Part shown: in pieces, positions 39,400 through 51,524 of the stretch | Layout: every line of letters starts with the position of its first letter | Position numbering within the stretch: position 1 is the stretch's first letter | Source: Carcharhinus amblyrhynchos | Taxonomy: Eukaryota | DNA: 64,000 nt | Reading direction: 5' to 3' | Assembly (NCBI GenBank): GCA_965287045.1 | Contig: OZ336876.1 | Span: 26,102,001 to 26,166,000, forward strand | Translations under genes and position numbers: made by a program | The notes under the pieces: model-generated | What the model saw: only the letters and a program-made list of their open reading frames with translations | What the model was told of the DNA's origin: nothing | Database searches by the model: none

Positions 39400-40370
39400 C
39401 AGCTAGGTGACTGGCTGCAGGCATTCAAGCTTTATCAGGCGCTGCTGTACCCTATTCCTCCTGTTATTGCTTCTCCTGTTCCAAGGATGCAGAGCAAACA
39501 TAAGTTTTCACCTCCTACAAGTCCAGTCCTCCCTGCAGCACAATGTTTTACAAGGCACAGCAGACTACAACCAACCTGGGCACAGAGTACATACAGTAGG
39601 TCATCCTCAGGTCTGTTCAGGCCCATGAATCACATTTTCAGCAATCAATGGCTTGATCTCTGTTGTAATTAGTACTTTCGAGGGAAGTAGCCCTTGTCTC
39701 CAAGGAGGCAACTGCTGACTCTGCTTAGATGTTCGAAGACCTATAGGAAATGTGTGTGGTGTATTATGAAAGAACTGTGGCAGCTTTCAGGCTATCTTGT
39801 ACAGACATGCATGAAAATCATCTTCAGGCCACATATGAACTGAAGATTGACGGAATGGAACCCTTTCCAGTTGATCAAGATTGCTGGCTGGTCTGAGAGC
39901 ACGTGTGCCATTTAGCACTTCCTGAAAATCCAGCCACTGCAGCAAATCCAAAGGCCGCCTTATTCTAACTGTCCTCATCAGTTGCAAAGTGGATGTAATT
40001 GGCAACCCTGACCAATATGGCATTGGTCACTTGGGAGAAGTACTTGTGCACAATAGATTGAGTGATTCTGCAGATCGCTGTGGGACCCAAAAGCTATGAA
40101 ATTAAGGGATGTGCTGCTGTGCCGACTTTGACAGCCACTGGCAAAGCACACCCACCTGTGCCACTTGTAAGAAGATTTGTTCCAGAAGGCTGCCAAAAAA
40201 TTCTGGCGTGCGGCCACTCAGTCACGGCGAAAAAACTGATCCTCTGTCTATATACACTGTGTTCAGGCTATTGTCTCCTTCGAGACCGACCATTCCCTCT
40301 GTTCTGTGGAGTAGCATGTGGCTGAGGAGAAGTTGGCATCGGCAATCAACTTTTGGTTTGAAATCTGGCC
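39400..40370 (-). mobile_element. Possible heavily decayed RTE-like LINE
   Basis: Minus-strand remnants ATDEDS-NKAAFG and LDQLERFHSVNLQFICGLK resemble RTE C-terminal motifs; higher GC than flanks. Confidence 0.4.
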
Positions 40371-43099
40371 GAGTCAGAGTCTTGCTAATAGAAGACATAT
40401 TTTTAAAGGTTCAGTTTTTTTGTGAAATTAATTTGAATCAGGACTCAATTCTCATGAATTACTGCTTCATGAAACTTCAGCACAAATTGATATTAAATGA
40501 GTAACAGCACTTCTTGGATCACAAAGCTAGTTTGTATGAAAGAATTCCACAACCAGACATGGAAAAGGATTTATGCCCTCCTGTACTTAAGATGAGAATT
40601 TTGCCTAACAATTGAACATTGTTCACTCCTGTCACCAACACTCAGTTCAACAGTTCTCCAAAATCCATGAGAGTTTTTTTTTGTCCTTGTCTCTAAAGAA
40701 TATTTGTTTCCCCAAGTCGAAGGCTCAGGTAAAAGGAGTGTTCTCCTTGGTTTCCCAGAACATTGCTGACAGGGCAACTGCTGAAACATGGTACTGTTGG
40801 CTGCCCTCAGACCTCGTACGTCTATGGCTAATCATGGTCGAAGGCACAGGCTATAGCTTTGAGGGTTTTTCACAAGCAACCAGAGTAACTTGATTTCCAA
40901 GTTGCAACATGTAGCTATAGGTGAGGCCAAGCCTTGCCAGGGAACAAGTAATCTCAAATGTATTTGTTAACATGCATTTGTTTTAACATGCATTTAAAGT
41001 GTTCTGTCTTTAAATTTTCATTGTGAGTTCCAAGAAATAAAAGTGAGCTAATGGACATTTGTTCAGCTGGATTTTTATTTGGTACCAGTGCATATTCATC
41101 TCTTTGTTTGGCCCAGGGCTTAATTTCTCTTGGGTTTTATAACTTAATCATGCCTACAAGTCATTAATGAGCCAGCAGCCATAAGGTTGCTATATTTAAT
41201 ACATTGAATTGAAGTTTGGATAGGCAACAACTTGCAGGGGGTGATTATTGTAAATGAGTCCAATGAGTTTGCTCATTTTTTTTATTTTTTCAGAGGATGT
41301 GGGCATCACTGGCAAGGCCAGCATTTGTTGCCCATCCCTAATTACTCTTGAGAAGGTGACGGTGAGCTACCTTCTTGCATGGCTACGTTGATGTATGTGA
41401 CGTTTATTAGTATTCAAGTGAGAGAATCTGGTGCATATTGAAATGATCACAGCTCAGTTGTTGCCTGGAGTCCTGTAAAATGATTTTAAGATACGTTTTT
41501 TATTCTCCATCTTTCTCTCTCTCAAAAAGAATTTATTTTGTGGGGAACTGTATTGTTCGAGAGCAAGGTTGCAAGAAACTTTAAGAAGAGTATTTTCACG
41601 TTTATTTGCATTCAGAAAAACTGCTTTGCTGTTGAAATGAAATAACTATCCCTGAATATTGTATATTGAGCTAAACTTTCTAAAAACCCTTACTTTCTAA
41701 AAAGCGACAATTCTCGCAATAACCACACAATGCAATTCTATAATACATAAGGGTACACCCAAACTTGCATGCATGCTTAATCATGAGCTTATGATCGATG
41801 GCCAGCAGCAGGTAAAAATACTCACTGTTTATATTTTACAATACATGAATTACACAACATATAAAACAAAATTATTATAATAATTAAGACCATAAGCAGA
41901 TACATGCTATGTATCAGTGCTTTCAAAGAATATTATATTGTCATCCATAAGTCAGCCATTACCATTGACCATTGGTTTAACTTGACTATATCTGCTACAA
42001 CAACAGAGTAGAGATTTTGTCTTTTGTGACAAACGAGTCATTCTAGCTAATATTCCCTTAAATTTTGCTTTGCTATGTGTGGTCTGCTTGTTGCACTGTG
42101 AAGTCCCTTTAAGATTGACTCACAGCCATGCATGCATCTTAATGAGAACATCGGTTGTGTGTGATCTGTCTGCTTCATGCATGGTATGTTCAGGTTTGCA
42201 CGAGGGTACATTCAGGATTGCTACACATCCACTTCTCAACCATATGTAAGCATAATTTAGAAGGGTCATGATATCTAGACAGGAACAAAGGTAACAACAT
42301 TCAAAACTCAACATCTTCCAGGACAGAGTAATTTACTTCATCAACAACATCCCTGTCATTGGATTTTTATCTATCCTTTCCATCATTGTACTGCAGTTGC
42401 AATGTATATAATGCACTGCAACAAATTACCACAGGTCCTTCAACTCTCTTGACTCAAATATATTTCATCCTTCCTTTATTGTCCCTAGCCACCACCACTG
42501 CAGGAACAAGAATAAGTTGAAGAAATAAGAACCAGTGGTTTCATTGAAAAGTTTTAGTTAGTCAGTTGAAGATGTTATGTGTGAATATGATTCAGCGGTT
42601 TTTAAATCTGTGCCTTGTGTATTTGTAGTTGCATCCATGCCAATTATCAGCATTGCAGACTTAAACCCAAATGTTAAGGATTGCTCACAACATCCGTGTT
42701 TTCAACACTGCCTCTTCTGAGGTCAAGCCGCATTTGCCGCAATTTGTTTTGGCATTTGCACTCATTGTGTGTTCGTGTGAAAACATCGAGGACCCATGTT
42801 AGCTTATGATCAGCAGCAGGTAAGAAAATCCATTCCTTGGACAGTGCAGAGTTGATTCAGGTTTGACTGCTTCTCCAGGGGAAAGAAGGAGGAAATGGCA
42901 AAGACCTTGTAATGATTACCAAATGTTGAAGAGAAATCAGAGGAATAGAAAGTTTGAAGGGGTGGGTGGTTGTACGTTATAGAGTTCAGGTGCAATGACC
43001 ATGAAAGGATTTAAACACGTTCAAATTTGAAGCCTTTGGAAACAGGGAGTCAGTCGAACTTGCACAACAGTGATAAGTAAGTTATCCTTGAATAGCGGT

Positions 43100-43940
43100 C
43101 ATAGGCGAGTTATACTTGGCCTAGTAGAGGAAACAAACAGTGAAAGTTTGGCTGAAGTTAAGAGAATGCACGGGGTTTTGGGCCAGTCAGAACAACATTG
43201 GAATAGTTGGTGCAAAACCATTGAAAAAGGTAGTTAATTGCAGATAGGCAGAAATAGGGTTGGAAGCTGCTGATGATGTGCAGCTGCAAGCAGACAATCT
43301 TTAAGATAGAATAGAATGGGAAGCACTGCTGAAGGTTGAAATGGAAACTAAGGTTCAATCTGAGGAGGTGACTGGGGAAAGAGATGAAGGGCACAGAGTT
43401 TGCACTAAGGACCAATGGTGATGACCTCAGTCTTCCTATTACTTAGCTCAAGAACAATTGCAACTCATTGAAAACTGAATGCTGGACAAGCAGTCTGACA
43501 ATGCAGAGTCTGTGGAAAGGTCTATGCAGGTGGTTTAAAAATCAATCTGGTGTCATGGACTTTGTTAAAACTGGATGCATGTATACTGGTGTTTTTCTCG
43601 AGAGATGGCATACAGCAAAGGAGGAAAGAGCAAAAAGTAGATCATTGGGAATTCCAAAAGTAACACTGTGAGGTTGAAGAGAGAAGCCGTTTCTGGAGAT
43701 GTCTTGGCCGTGATTGGATAACTAACAATGAATCATCCAGGGGCCAGGCCGCCAAGTTGGACAAAAGAGAGGAGTTGTTTAAGGAGGATGCTGTGGTTTC
43801 CCATGCCAAAGGCTGCAAATATGTTGAGGGACATGAAGAGGAAAACTGCACCACAGCCACCCTCAGGGGAAATGTTGTTTGTTACTTAGGATGAAGCCAA
43901 ATTGGTGCAGTAGAACAAAAACCTAACTGAAGAGGTTCAC
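43100..43940 (-). mobile_element. Decayed L2-like LINE fragment
   Basis: Purine-rich plus strand with GCTGATGATGTGCAG, GAGGATGCTGTGGT and CAAAGGCTGCAAATATGTTGAG, resembling reversed L2 RT motifs (LS.AFD). Confidence 0.5.
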
Positions 43941-44914
43941 ACAATAGTTATTAACACAGTTTTTGTTTTCCCTTTCTCATGGCAAACATATTTTGGAAGC
44001 CCACAGGGTAATCAGAAAGGAATGGGCTGCATTTTTAGCTCATGAGGAATATGGAAAGCCGATTGCTATGTGGCTTGCTATAAGATCACAAAGCATATTA
44101 AGACTTGGGGCAGAAGGAGGGGAAAACTGTTTAGATTGCTTTCATCAAATGTTGTGACTCAGAGGTCAGCATGCTTTCAACCGAGCCATGGCTGACATGG
44201 CTGTCAGTTTTGTTTTGATGGTGTTGCTTGGAAGAGACAGGAATCATCTGTCATAGCAGTTGATTGGCATCTCTAACTGGAGATTCTGGTGGATACTAAC
44301 TTCAGTTCTTCCAGACCCGGACAAGAAGGGCATAGGGCACTCTGGTTCATCTTAATTTCCTTAAATAACAACAAATTTTCATCAAGAATAAAGTTATATC
44401 ATCCAAAGTATGTTCAAAAGTTTAGTTTCACACAGACTTTCCCAACCACAAGATCCAGAACCATTTATTATTTACATTATTATAGCAGGCATATTGAACG
44501 TTGTAAGCATATTGAATGTTACTCGTATTTGAAAGTGGCCCTTCACAAAAAATACTTTTGTCTTCAAATGTAGCTTTACAATTAAGTTGAAAAAAGGATA
44601 CTTCCTTTTATATGGTATCTTCTCATGTTTTAGAAGGTCCAAAATCATTCTGCAATTAGTTAAATGTGTTTGAAATGCAGTCATTACTAAGTTGAAGGCA
44701 AACATGACTGCCAGATCACTTCATGTTTGTCCAAGTGCTTAGTCACTCTGTCCCTTACAGATTTTAGTAGCTTCCTCACAACCGATGTTAGACGAACAAT
44801 TCTATAATTTTTTTGCAAAGACTTTCCCACCTTAAATCATGGAATGACTTTGGCAATTTTCTAATCCAGGGGGCTAGTTCCTGATTTTCAGCAAATGCAG
44901 TGTTTTGTTTTTGT

Positions 44915-45105
44915 TTTGTTAATGTTGGTTGAAGAAGAAAAGAATGTTGGCCAGGGCCCTGGCAGAACACCCCGATCTTCAAATAGTGTCATGGAATGTT
45001 TTGCATTCATTTGAGCAACCAGAAGGAAACTCAGATTAATGCCTCATGTAGAATCGGGGCACCTCCTGCACTGAGGTGCCAATTTAGATTTATGCGCGCA
45101 AGTAC
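44915..45105 (-). mobile_element. DeuSINE Deu-domain fragment
   Basis: Reverse complement has CCATGACACTATTTGAAGA...CCTGGCCAACATT...TCAACCAACAT. Confidence 0.65.
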
Positions 45106-46297
45106 TTTGTGAGCTTTGTTCAGACAGCCTTTGTCTCAGAACCAACATTGCTGCGGAAGTACAAGAGAAGGTTCCAAAATCAAAATTTTCTGGCTGCTTC
45201 CCAAAATAGCTCATAGATCTTCAGTGTTTCACATTCTTTTTCTGCCATGTTTAAATCTTCCACTACAAAACAAAAGACATATTTTTGTGTGCTTTACCTA
45301 CAATAATGTTTTGGAGCCTCAGGTATGGTTGCAGTTTGAATTGAGTAAGGTTCAATTCCCACAACGCTCTGTGTAACTGTTTACTTTCATTGGGAATAGT
45401 TAAGAACTTGGTGTATTGGATTTCAAAGAACACCAGAACAAGGTGAATAATGTGTTTTCCTCAACTATGAGTAAAAGTACTGAAATTCAATTCATAAATA
45501 CAGAATTTATTTTATTTGGCCACCTTAAAGCAGTGACTTGGGTTAGAGACATATATCGACAGCTTTATTTTTGTGTTTTCATTTTATTTTTAAATTGTTA
45601 ACTTATTGAGCATCACTCACGTCAATTTTGGTGTGTTTTCTGGCTTAGCGTGTGAGAAGCATTGAAGAGTAGGTACAAATTGCGTGAAGTTAATGCTATT
45701 CCATTCCATCATCCAACCCACATACATGATATCAACCTAACATGTGCACCATTACAATTTCTATTGTATGCAGTGGCACATCTCGTTATCTTCTGTTTCA
45801 ATTTAATTAATTTAATTCTAATTTAATTTTAATGTTGCTCCCCCATTCTGGATAATAATTTTGGTCTTGATTAGAATCTGAAAAAATTCCTTATTTTTCC
45901 CCATTTTAAAATTTAAATCGTGGGAAAATAATTTAAAGTTTTTTTGCATTCCTTTAATTTTGATTCTCAACGGCAGACACTCCTGTTATATTAGCAGCAC
46001 AATAGAAGCTGGTTTTTTATCTGGGGTAATGTTTTTGTCCGAAAACAGCACATATCCTGATTTGTTATGACTTATATCACAGGATAAATTATTCCAACTT
46101 TCAACTGATTGCAAAAAGTCAGGGAACTTCCTCAGAGCTGCTCCCATTCTTTTCTATAATGCTTCAGAGAATGCAGCAGTAACAATGCTTATGCATGTGT
46201 TTCACATAAGACTTCAAAAATACAGTTTCTGATATCTGTTCTATGTACTTTATTCCTGATTACATTTATTCAATTATCTGTGCCAACTGTGACTAAT

Positions 46298-46630
46298 TAT
46301 AGAATCATAGAATCCCTACAGTGCAGAACGAGGCCACTTGGCCCATAAAGTCAACACTGACTCTGTGACAGAGCATCCCACCCACACCCTATCGCTGTAA
46401 CCTCATGTATTTATCCCGCGTATCCCCCTAACCTACCCCTAACAGACAACTCACTATGGCCAATCAATGTAACCTGCACATCTTTGAATTGTGGGTGGAA
46501 ACCGGAGCACCTGGAGGAAACCCACACAGACACGTAGAGAACATACAAACGCCACACACCCATCCAATTGAACCTGTGTCCCTCGCACTGTGAGGCAGCA
46601 GTGCTAACCATTGTGCTACCGTGCCACCCC
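46298..46630 (-). mobile_element. HE1-type V-SINE
   Basis: Head, V domain and CTGCACTGTAGGGATTCTATGATTCTA tail on the minus strand. Confidence 0.88.
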
Positions 46631-46989
46631 CATGTTCTTAACCATTTGTCAATTCTGTAAAATTTTCTACACCCCAGTGAAACAAAACATATATGATGCC
46701 TTAAAAATTAGAAATGGAAAATTTGTGCATCTTCATCAAATATTGCTTCATGTTACCACAGGCAAAACTGCTGTGTTTGTTCTTGTATTTTTCCTGTCAA
46801 AACAGTAACATTCACATTACAATAATTTACTAAATTAATATGAAATATTTGAGAAAGCAGAAATCAACTTAGGAAGTTGAGATTGGAAAGGTTTGTTTTA
46901 GTTATAATCACTATAATGCTTGTTACAGAATGGTTTGCAACTTTGCTGTGATTTACTGTAAAATGGTGGCATATTAATTAACCTTTGAA

Positions 46990-47490
46990 TTACTTACCTA
47001 GACTTAGTCCCTCTGGTGCCATGTGCGACAATGGGCAGTAAGACTCCACCACCAGCCCCAGTCCATCACAATCTCTTTCACTCCAGCCCAGATCGTATTC
47101 CGTTCTTGAATGGCCTCTTTAAATGTGCTTCACCAGGTTTTATTTGGTCGGCCTTGACTTCTTCCATCTGGTGGTGTTCAATTTACTGCCCCTCTAGTTG
47201 GGGCACACATTGAGGAAACAAAATAGTTGTCCTCCTCGCCTCAGTCATCTCTGTCAAGATGGGTGTCTGACAGGCACCTCTAATCTGTCCTCTGTGGAAC
47301 TTCTTTATTGGTGATGCTGTCTCTCTCCATGTGATGCCCAGGAACTTACATAGGCAGCACCGGTGAAAGATGTCCAATTTACGTGACACCTTTGCTGTTC
47401 TCTTCTTTGTCTCACTGGCATAGAATGCAACATAGAATGCATTTGGTGCTACTGTGGATATGTAGAGTCACAGCTTCATGGCCAAGTTGT
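46990..47490 (-). mobile_element. RTE-clade LINE 3' fragment
   Basis: SRKLDIFHRCCLCKFLGITWR matches the RTE motif KLD.FH.RCLR.ILGI.W.D. Confidence 0.7.
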
Positions 47491-47491
47491 T

Positions 47492-47790
47492 TAAAGTTTA
47501 TTTATTAGTGTCACAAGTAGACCTAAATTAACACTGCAATGAAGTTACTGTGAAAATCCCCTAGTTTCCACACTCCAATGCCTATTCGGGTGCACTGAGG
47601 GAGAGAATTTTGCATGGCCAATGCACCGAACCAGGACTGTGGGTGGAAACCGGAGCATCTGAGGAAACCCACGCAGTTATGGAAAGAACACACAGACTCC
47701 GCAGAGACAGTAACCCAAGTCGGGAATCAAACCTGGGTCCTTGGTGCTGTGAGGCAGCAGTGCTACCCACCGTGCCACCATGCTACCCAC
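47492..47790 (-). mobile_element. V-SINE with the alternative tail, inserted in an RTE fragment
   Basis: Minus strand ends CACAGTAACTTCATTGCAGTGTTAAT...CTACTTGTGACACTAATAAATAAACTTT, the same tail as 14025-14288. Confidence 0.82.
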
Positions 47791-49422
47791 GGTGTTAGAT
47801 GTCTAGACCATGTGGAGCTGTTGGAAGACAGGTGATGCTTTGCCGTTGCTACATCACCTTCCCGATATTGCTTTCCAGGCAAGGGAAATGATTGACGTCC
47901 TTGATTTCTTGTCCAATGATGAGATAAAGGCCTTGTTGCCATGCATGTCAGCATTGTCTTTCACTGTCATCCATCAGTAGTCACTGATCCACCACAAGAT
48001 GGTGCCCATCCTAGAGCACTGTTCTAACATCTTCAAAGCCCTTGTACAACGACTCCAGTTGCTACTTCATACCATGGACTCCTTCAGCACCTTCACAGGA
48101 GTACAGCAAGGTTTATACTCTCCCAATTCCTTTTCCTTATGAGAAGATCTAGACAATGTCAACCTTTGAAGCCTCCAAAAACAGACATGAATTGATATGC
48201 TGAGTGCTTTTATTAATTGCCATTGGCTTTAGTTTTGTTCCAATGGCCATACAGGTTCATACCACTGTCAACCTTGGCTTCCCATGCACTGTCATTTTCT
48301 CTGCACCACAGACAAAGTACAATTCATGACATACATGATGATGTACATACACTTGCCTGGATGGGTGCAGCTACAGCAACACTCAAGAAGCTCAGCACCA
48401 ACTAGGGCAAATAAGTCCTCTTGTTCAGCGCTTCATCACTGGTGTGCAGTGACTGCAGTTCCATCTCCAGGATTGCACTGCAGTAATTCCCAAATCCGTG
48501 ACCCTTTTTTGATGGTCCCTTATTGTACAGAATCAAACATGATTGATTTGTTCACTCACATGCTTGCCATCATTCTTCCAAAACTCAGCATTAATACAAG
48601 GACAGATATTTCAGCAGTGATGAGTCAATAGTTTTAATAATTGAATGACAGCTCAAATAACTTGAGAAGTGTTACCCTGAAATGGCTTCTTTATGAAGCC
48701 ATTTCATGAACAGCCCTACTGTTTGAAAATCTGGTTGGCTTATATTTCATTTAACCTTTGCCAGTCCAGCTTCTGATGCTCAACTCGTTGTGGATTTTTA
48801 ACTTTTGTACTGCTTAAGCTGTCGCCAAAAATGTCCCAGCTGGTTTGAGGCGGAAGTGGGGCCTGAAGGAAGGGATTTCCTTTATGTTGAGGACCCATGA
48901 GCAATGTACTCTTAAAATACAATATAAAAAGCACATTTCTCGATGATTTAGTACATTGCTCAATGCATAGTATCTAATGACTTTTGGACATTTTTCAGCC
49001 CTTTCCAGAAAACACACTGCTTTATAAAAACATATGGGTTAATACACATTCTTGAAACTTGGACAAAGTTGCTGCAAATTTGAACATTGGACAAGAGCTT
49101 TAAATCTGGAACTGTTTGAGTTAAATCTGAACATTTGAAAAGTCTATGACAAACAATTACATTCCCTCTAAATGTTCAGCGGAGCTGTGTGGTTATTAAA
49201 GAAAATTAAATTCAGATATCTGCTACTTTTTCATGAAATAGTACATTCAATTGACAAGAACTCTTGGGGGCTCATTGTCGGTCATTGTTTCAATGCAGTC
49301 AACGTGAAATGTCAGGGCACAATGTTGAAGTCATCACAGCATGCCACAAAACCTGTCCATTATGAAATTCAGTAACTTTTCTAAGAACTTCTGGCATGTT
49401 GCCGCACACAGCTGAGAACTGA

Positions 49423-49722
49423 GGCACCACGGTGGCACAGTGATCAGCTCTGCTCCCTCACAGAGCCAGGGGCCTAGGTTCAATTCCAGCCTTAGGTGAC
49501 TGTCTGTGGGGAGTTCGCATATTCTCCCTGTGTCTGCATGGGTGCTCCAGTTTCCTCCCGCACTCAGATATGCAGGTTAGGTGGATTAGCCATGGTAAAT
49601 TTCCCAGGATGGATTAGCCATGGGATAAGGTGAGATGATGGGCCTGGGTAAGATACTTTGTCAGAGGGTTGGTGCAGACATGATGGGCCAGTTGGTCTCC
49701 ATCTGCACTGTCGGGATTCTAC
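49423..49722 (+). mobile_element. HE1-type V-SINE
   Basis: GGCACCACGGTGGCACAGTG...GGTTCAATTCC...GCAGGTTAGGTGGATTAGCCATG...CTGCACTGTCGGGATTCTA. Confidence 0.88.
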
Positions 49723-50148
49723 AACAGCAGGATCCAGCCAAATAAATTATAATTTGAGCCAAATCTTCCATGGACTGGCAAACACCACCGATTGTTGCTC
49801 TGCTCCTATTTTCTTGCACAATGCTGGAGCTCCGCATTGCTGTCTCGGGCCTCTGAACCAGAAGTCTTCAAAAACACGGAGTGTACCTGATATCACAGTC
49901 CTCCTTTATATTGCAGGATCATCAGGAGACGCCAAGTCATACTCCCTTCTTATGGCATGTGTTGCCATATTTCTGTAATTCTCCATTCATTAACATGGCT
50001 TTGAGACATTTGAATAGCATTTCAGTGTATTAGTGTGTGAGTGCAAGTGAGGTAAGTGCCAGATAGGTTGGGTGACGAGATGCAGAGTGAGTAGGGTAGT
50101 AAGTTCAGCCCACTGCTGGGAGGGGGTGTGGTGGAGTTGGAGGGTCAA

Positions 50149-50226
50149 GGGGAGTGGGAGGATTGGGGATGTGAGGGGAGTGGAAGAATCGGGGATGTGA
50201 GGGGAGTGGGAGGAATGGGGATGTGA
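50149..50226 (+). repeat. 26-bp G-rich minisatellite, 3 copies
   Basis: GGGGAGTGGGAGGATTGGGGATGTGA x3 with few mismatches. Confidence 0.9.
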
Positions 50227-50849
50227 CAGTTTCCGATGGTGGGTTGGAGGTGGTGGGTCAGTGAGAGTGATTGCAAGACTGGTTTAACAATTAACTAGAA
50301 ATTAGACATTTTTTTCCAACCGTCTAGAGATAGGATGATCTATAGGCCCATTTGCTTTCTTCGTTATCAAGTTGATTTAGTATGGTCACTTTTTTTGTAT
50401 ATATACTTCAGGCAGTGGTTATTGTATTGTGGGGAGCTTGTGGCCAGGTTTCAATGCAGTCATATTTTATCTTCTCTACCCACCTCCTCTTGTTAACGGG
50501 CAAATAATTAATTCTAAAATCTTGAGAGTGTTTGCTCAACAAGTCGAGTGCCAAATACTCAGCTACAAACATCTGAACTTGGCGTAAATTAGCAGCTGAA
50601 CCCATTTCCAGATTTTTGTTCCCAGAGTTTGTTTCCATTAATTAAATACTCATGTCTGCTATATTGTCCGCTTTATGTTATTACATTAGATTTAAGTCTT
50701 TAAATTACAATTTGGCAAAATTCTAATGAATCTTGTGGTGGTGATCTTAGCGTTGGGCCCTGCCAGCCGATGGAGAGGGTGAGCTGGTAAGATCACAGGA
50801 GAGCCGAGAAATCAGGTTCTTGTCTAATATCTTGCCTCTCACGACCTCA

Positions 50850-50968
50850 TAAAAAGTCTGACAACACCAGGTTTAAGTCCATTTGATCAAATAAATCGGT
50901 TGGACTTAAACCTGGTTTTGTCAGACTTTTTACTGTGTTTACCCCAGTCCAATGCCGGCATATCCACA
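50850..50968. mobile_element. Penelope-like family B short hairpin element
   Basis: 31-bp inverted arms with one mismatch; 13-bp TSD TCTCACGACCTCA (50837-50849) / TCTCGCGACCTCA (50969-50981). Confidence 0.8.
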
Positions 50969-51334
50969 TCTCGCGACCTCACCAGCACTGGATGTCTGGC
51001 ACAATCAGCTTCATGCCCATTTCCTTGATGAGGCTGAATATATTATTTAAATATATTTAAAACTTATTTCATATTGATTTGATAAGCCTTGGACAGAATC
51101 GTTTCGGCTCACTTGCCTGTGTGACCTCAGCAGGAAATGTTATCTCTGGCAAGAATAATAGCTAGTCCCCAGTAACAAGGACTAGTTGTGATGGCCTTGC
51201 TGGCAGAACCAGAGCTGCTGAGGCCCCCTGGGGAAGTTGGGAGCAAGAGAGCTGCTCTTTGGGCAGTGCCAACCCACTTGGCACCCTGGCACTGCCCATT
51301 GTCTGTGTTTTAAACATGCTGTCTTTTCTTTCAG

Positions 51335-51422
51335 TCGCATGGGATCAGCAATAACCCTCGTCACCAGGAGTGACTGGCGATTTGCTGCAGAGTTGATTGC
51401 AATTCTGGAACGAGCGTGTCAA
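51335..51422 (+). pseudogene. DDX43: Isolated 88-nt exon of a DDX43-like DEAD-box RNA helicase with its intron flanks, embedded in a transposon insertion
   Basis: Acceptor gtcttttctttcAG, then T + RMGSAITLVTRSDWRFAAELIAILERACQ, then donor CAA|GTACGT. Matches recalled human DDX43 RTGVSITTLTRNDWRVASELINILERANQ, the segment directly after helicase motif VI. No neighbouring helicase exons seen in the window. Confidence 0.8.
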
Positions 51423-51524
51423 GTACGTGTTTATACTTCTCGTGGCGTGCATAAGAATTCACTGATACAGAGAATTCCATTCTAAACATCTCGTCTTTTT
51501 GATTTGATTTATTATTGTCACTGG

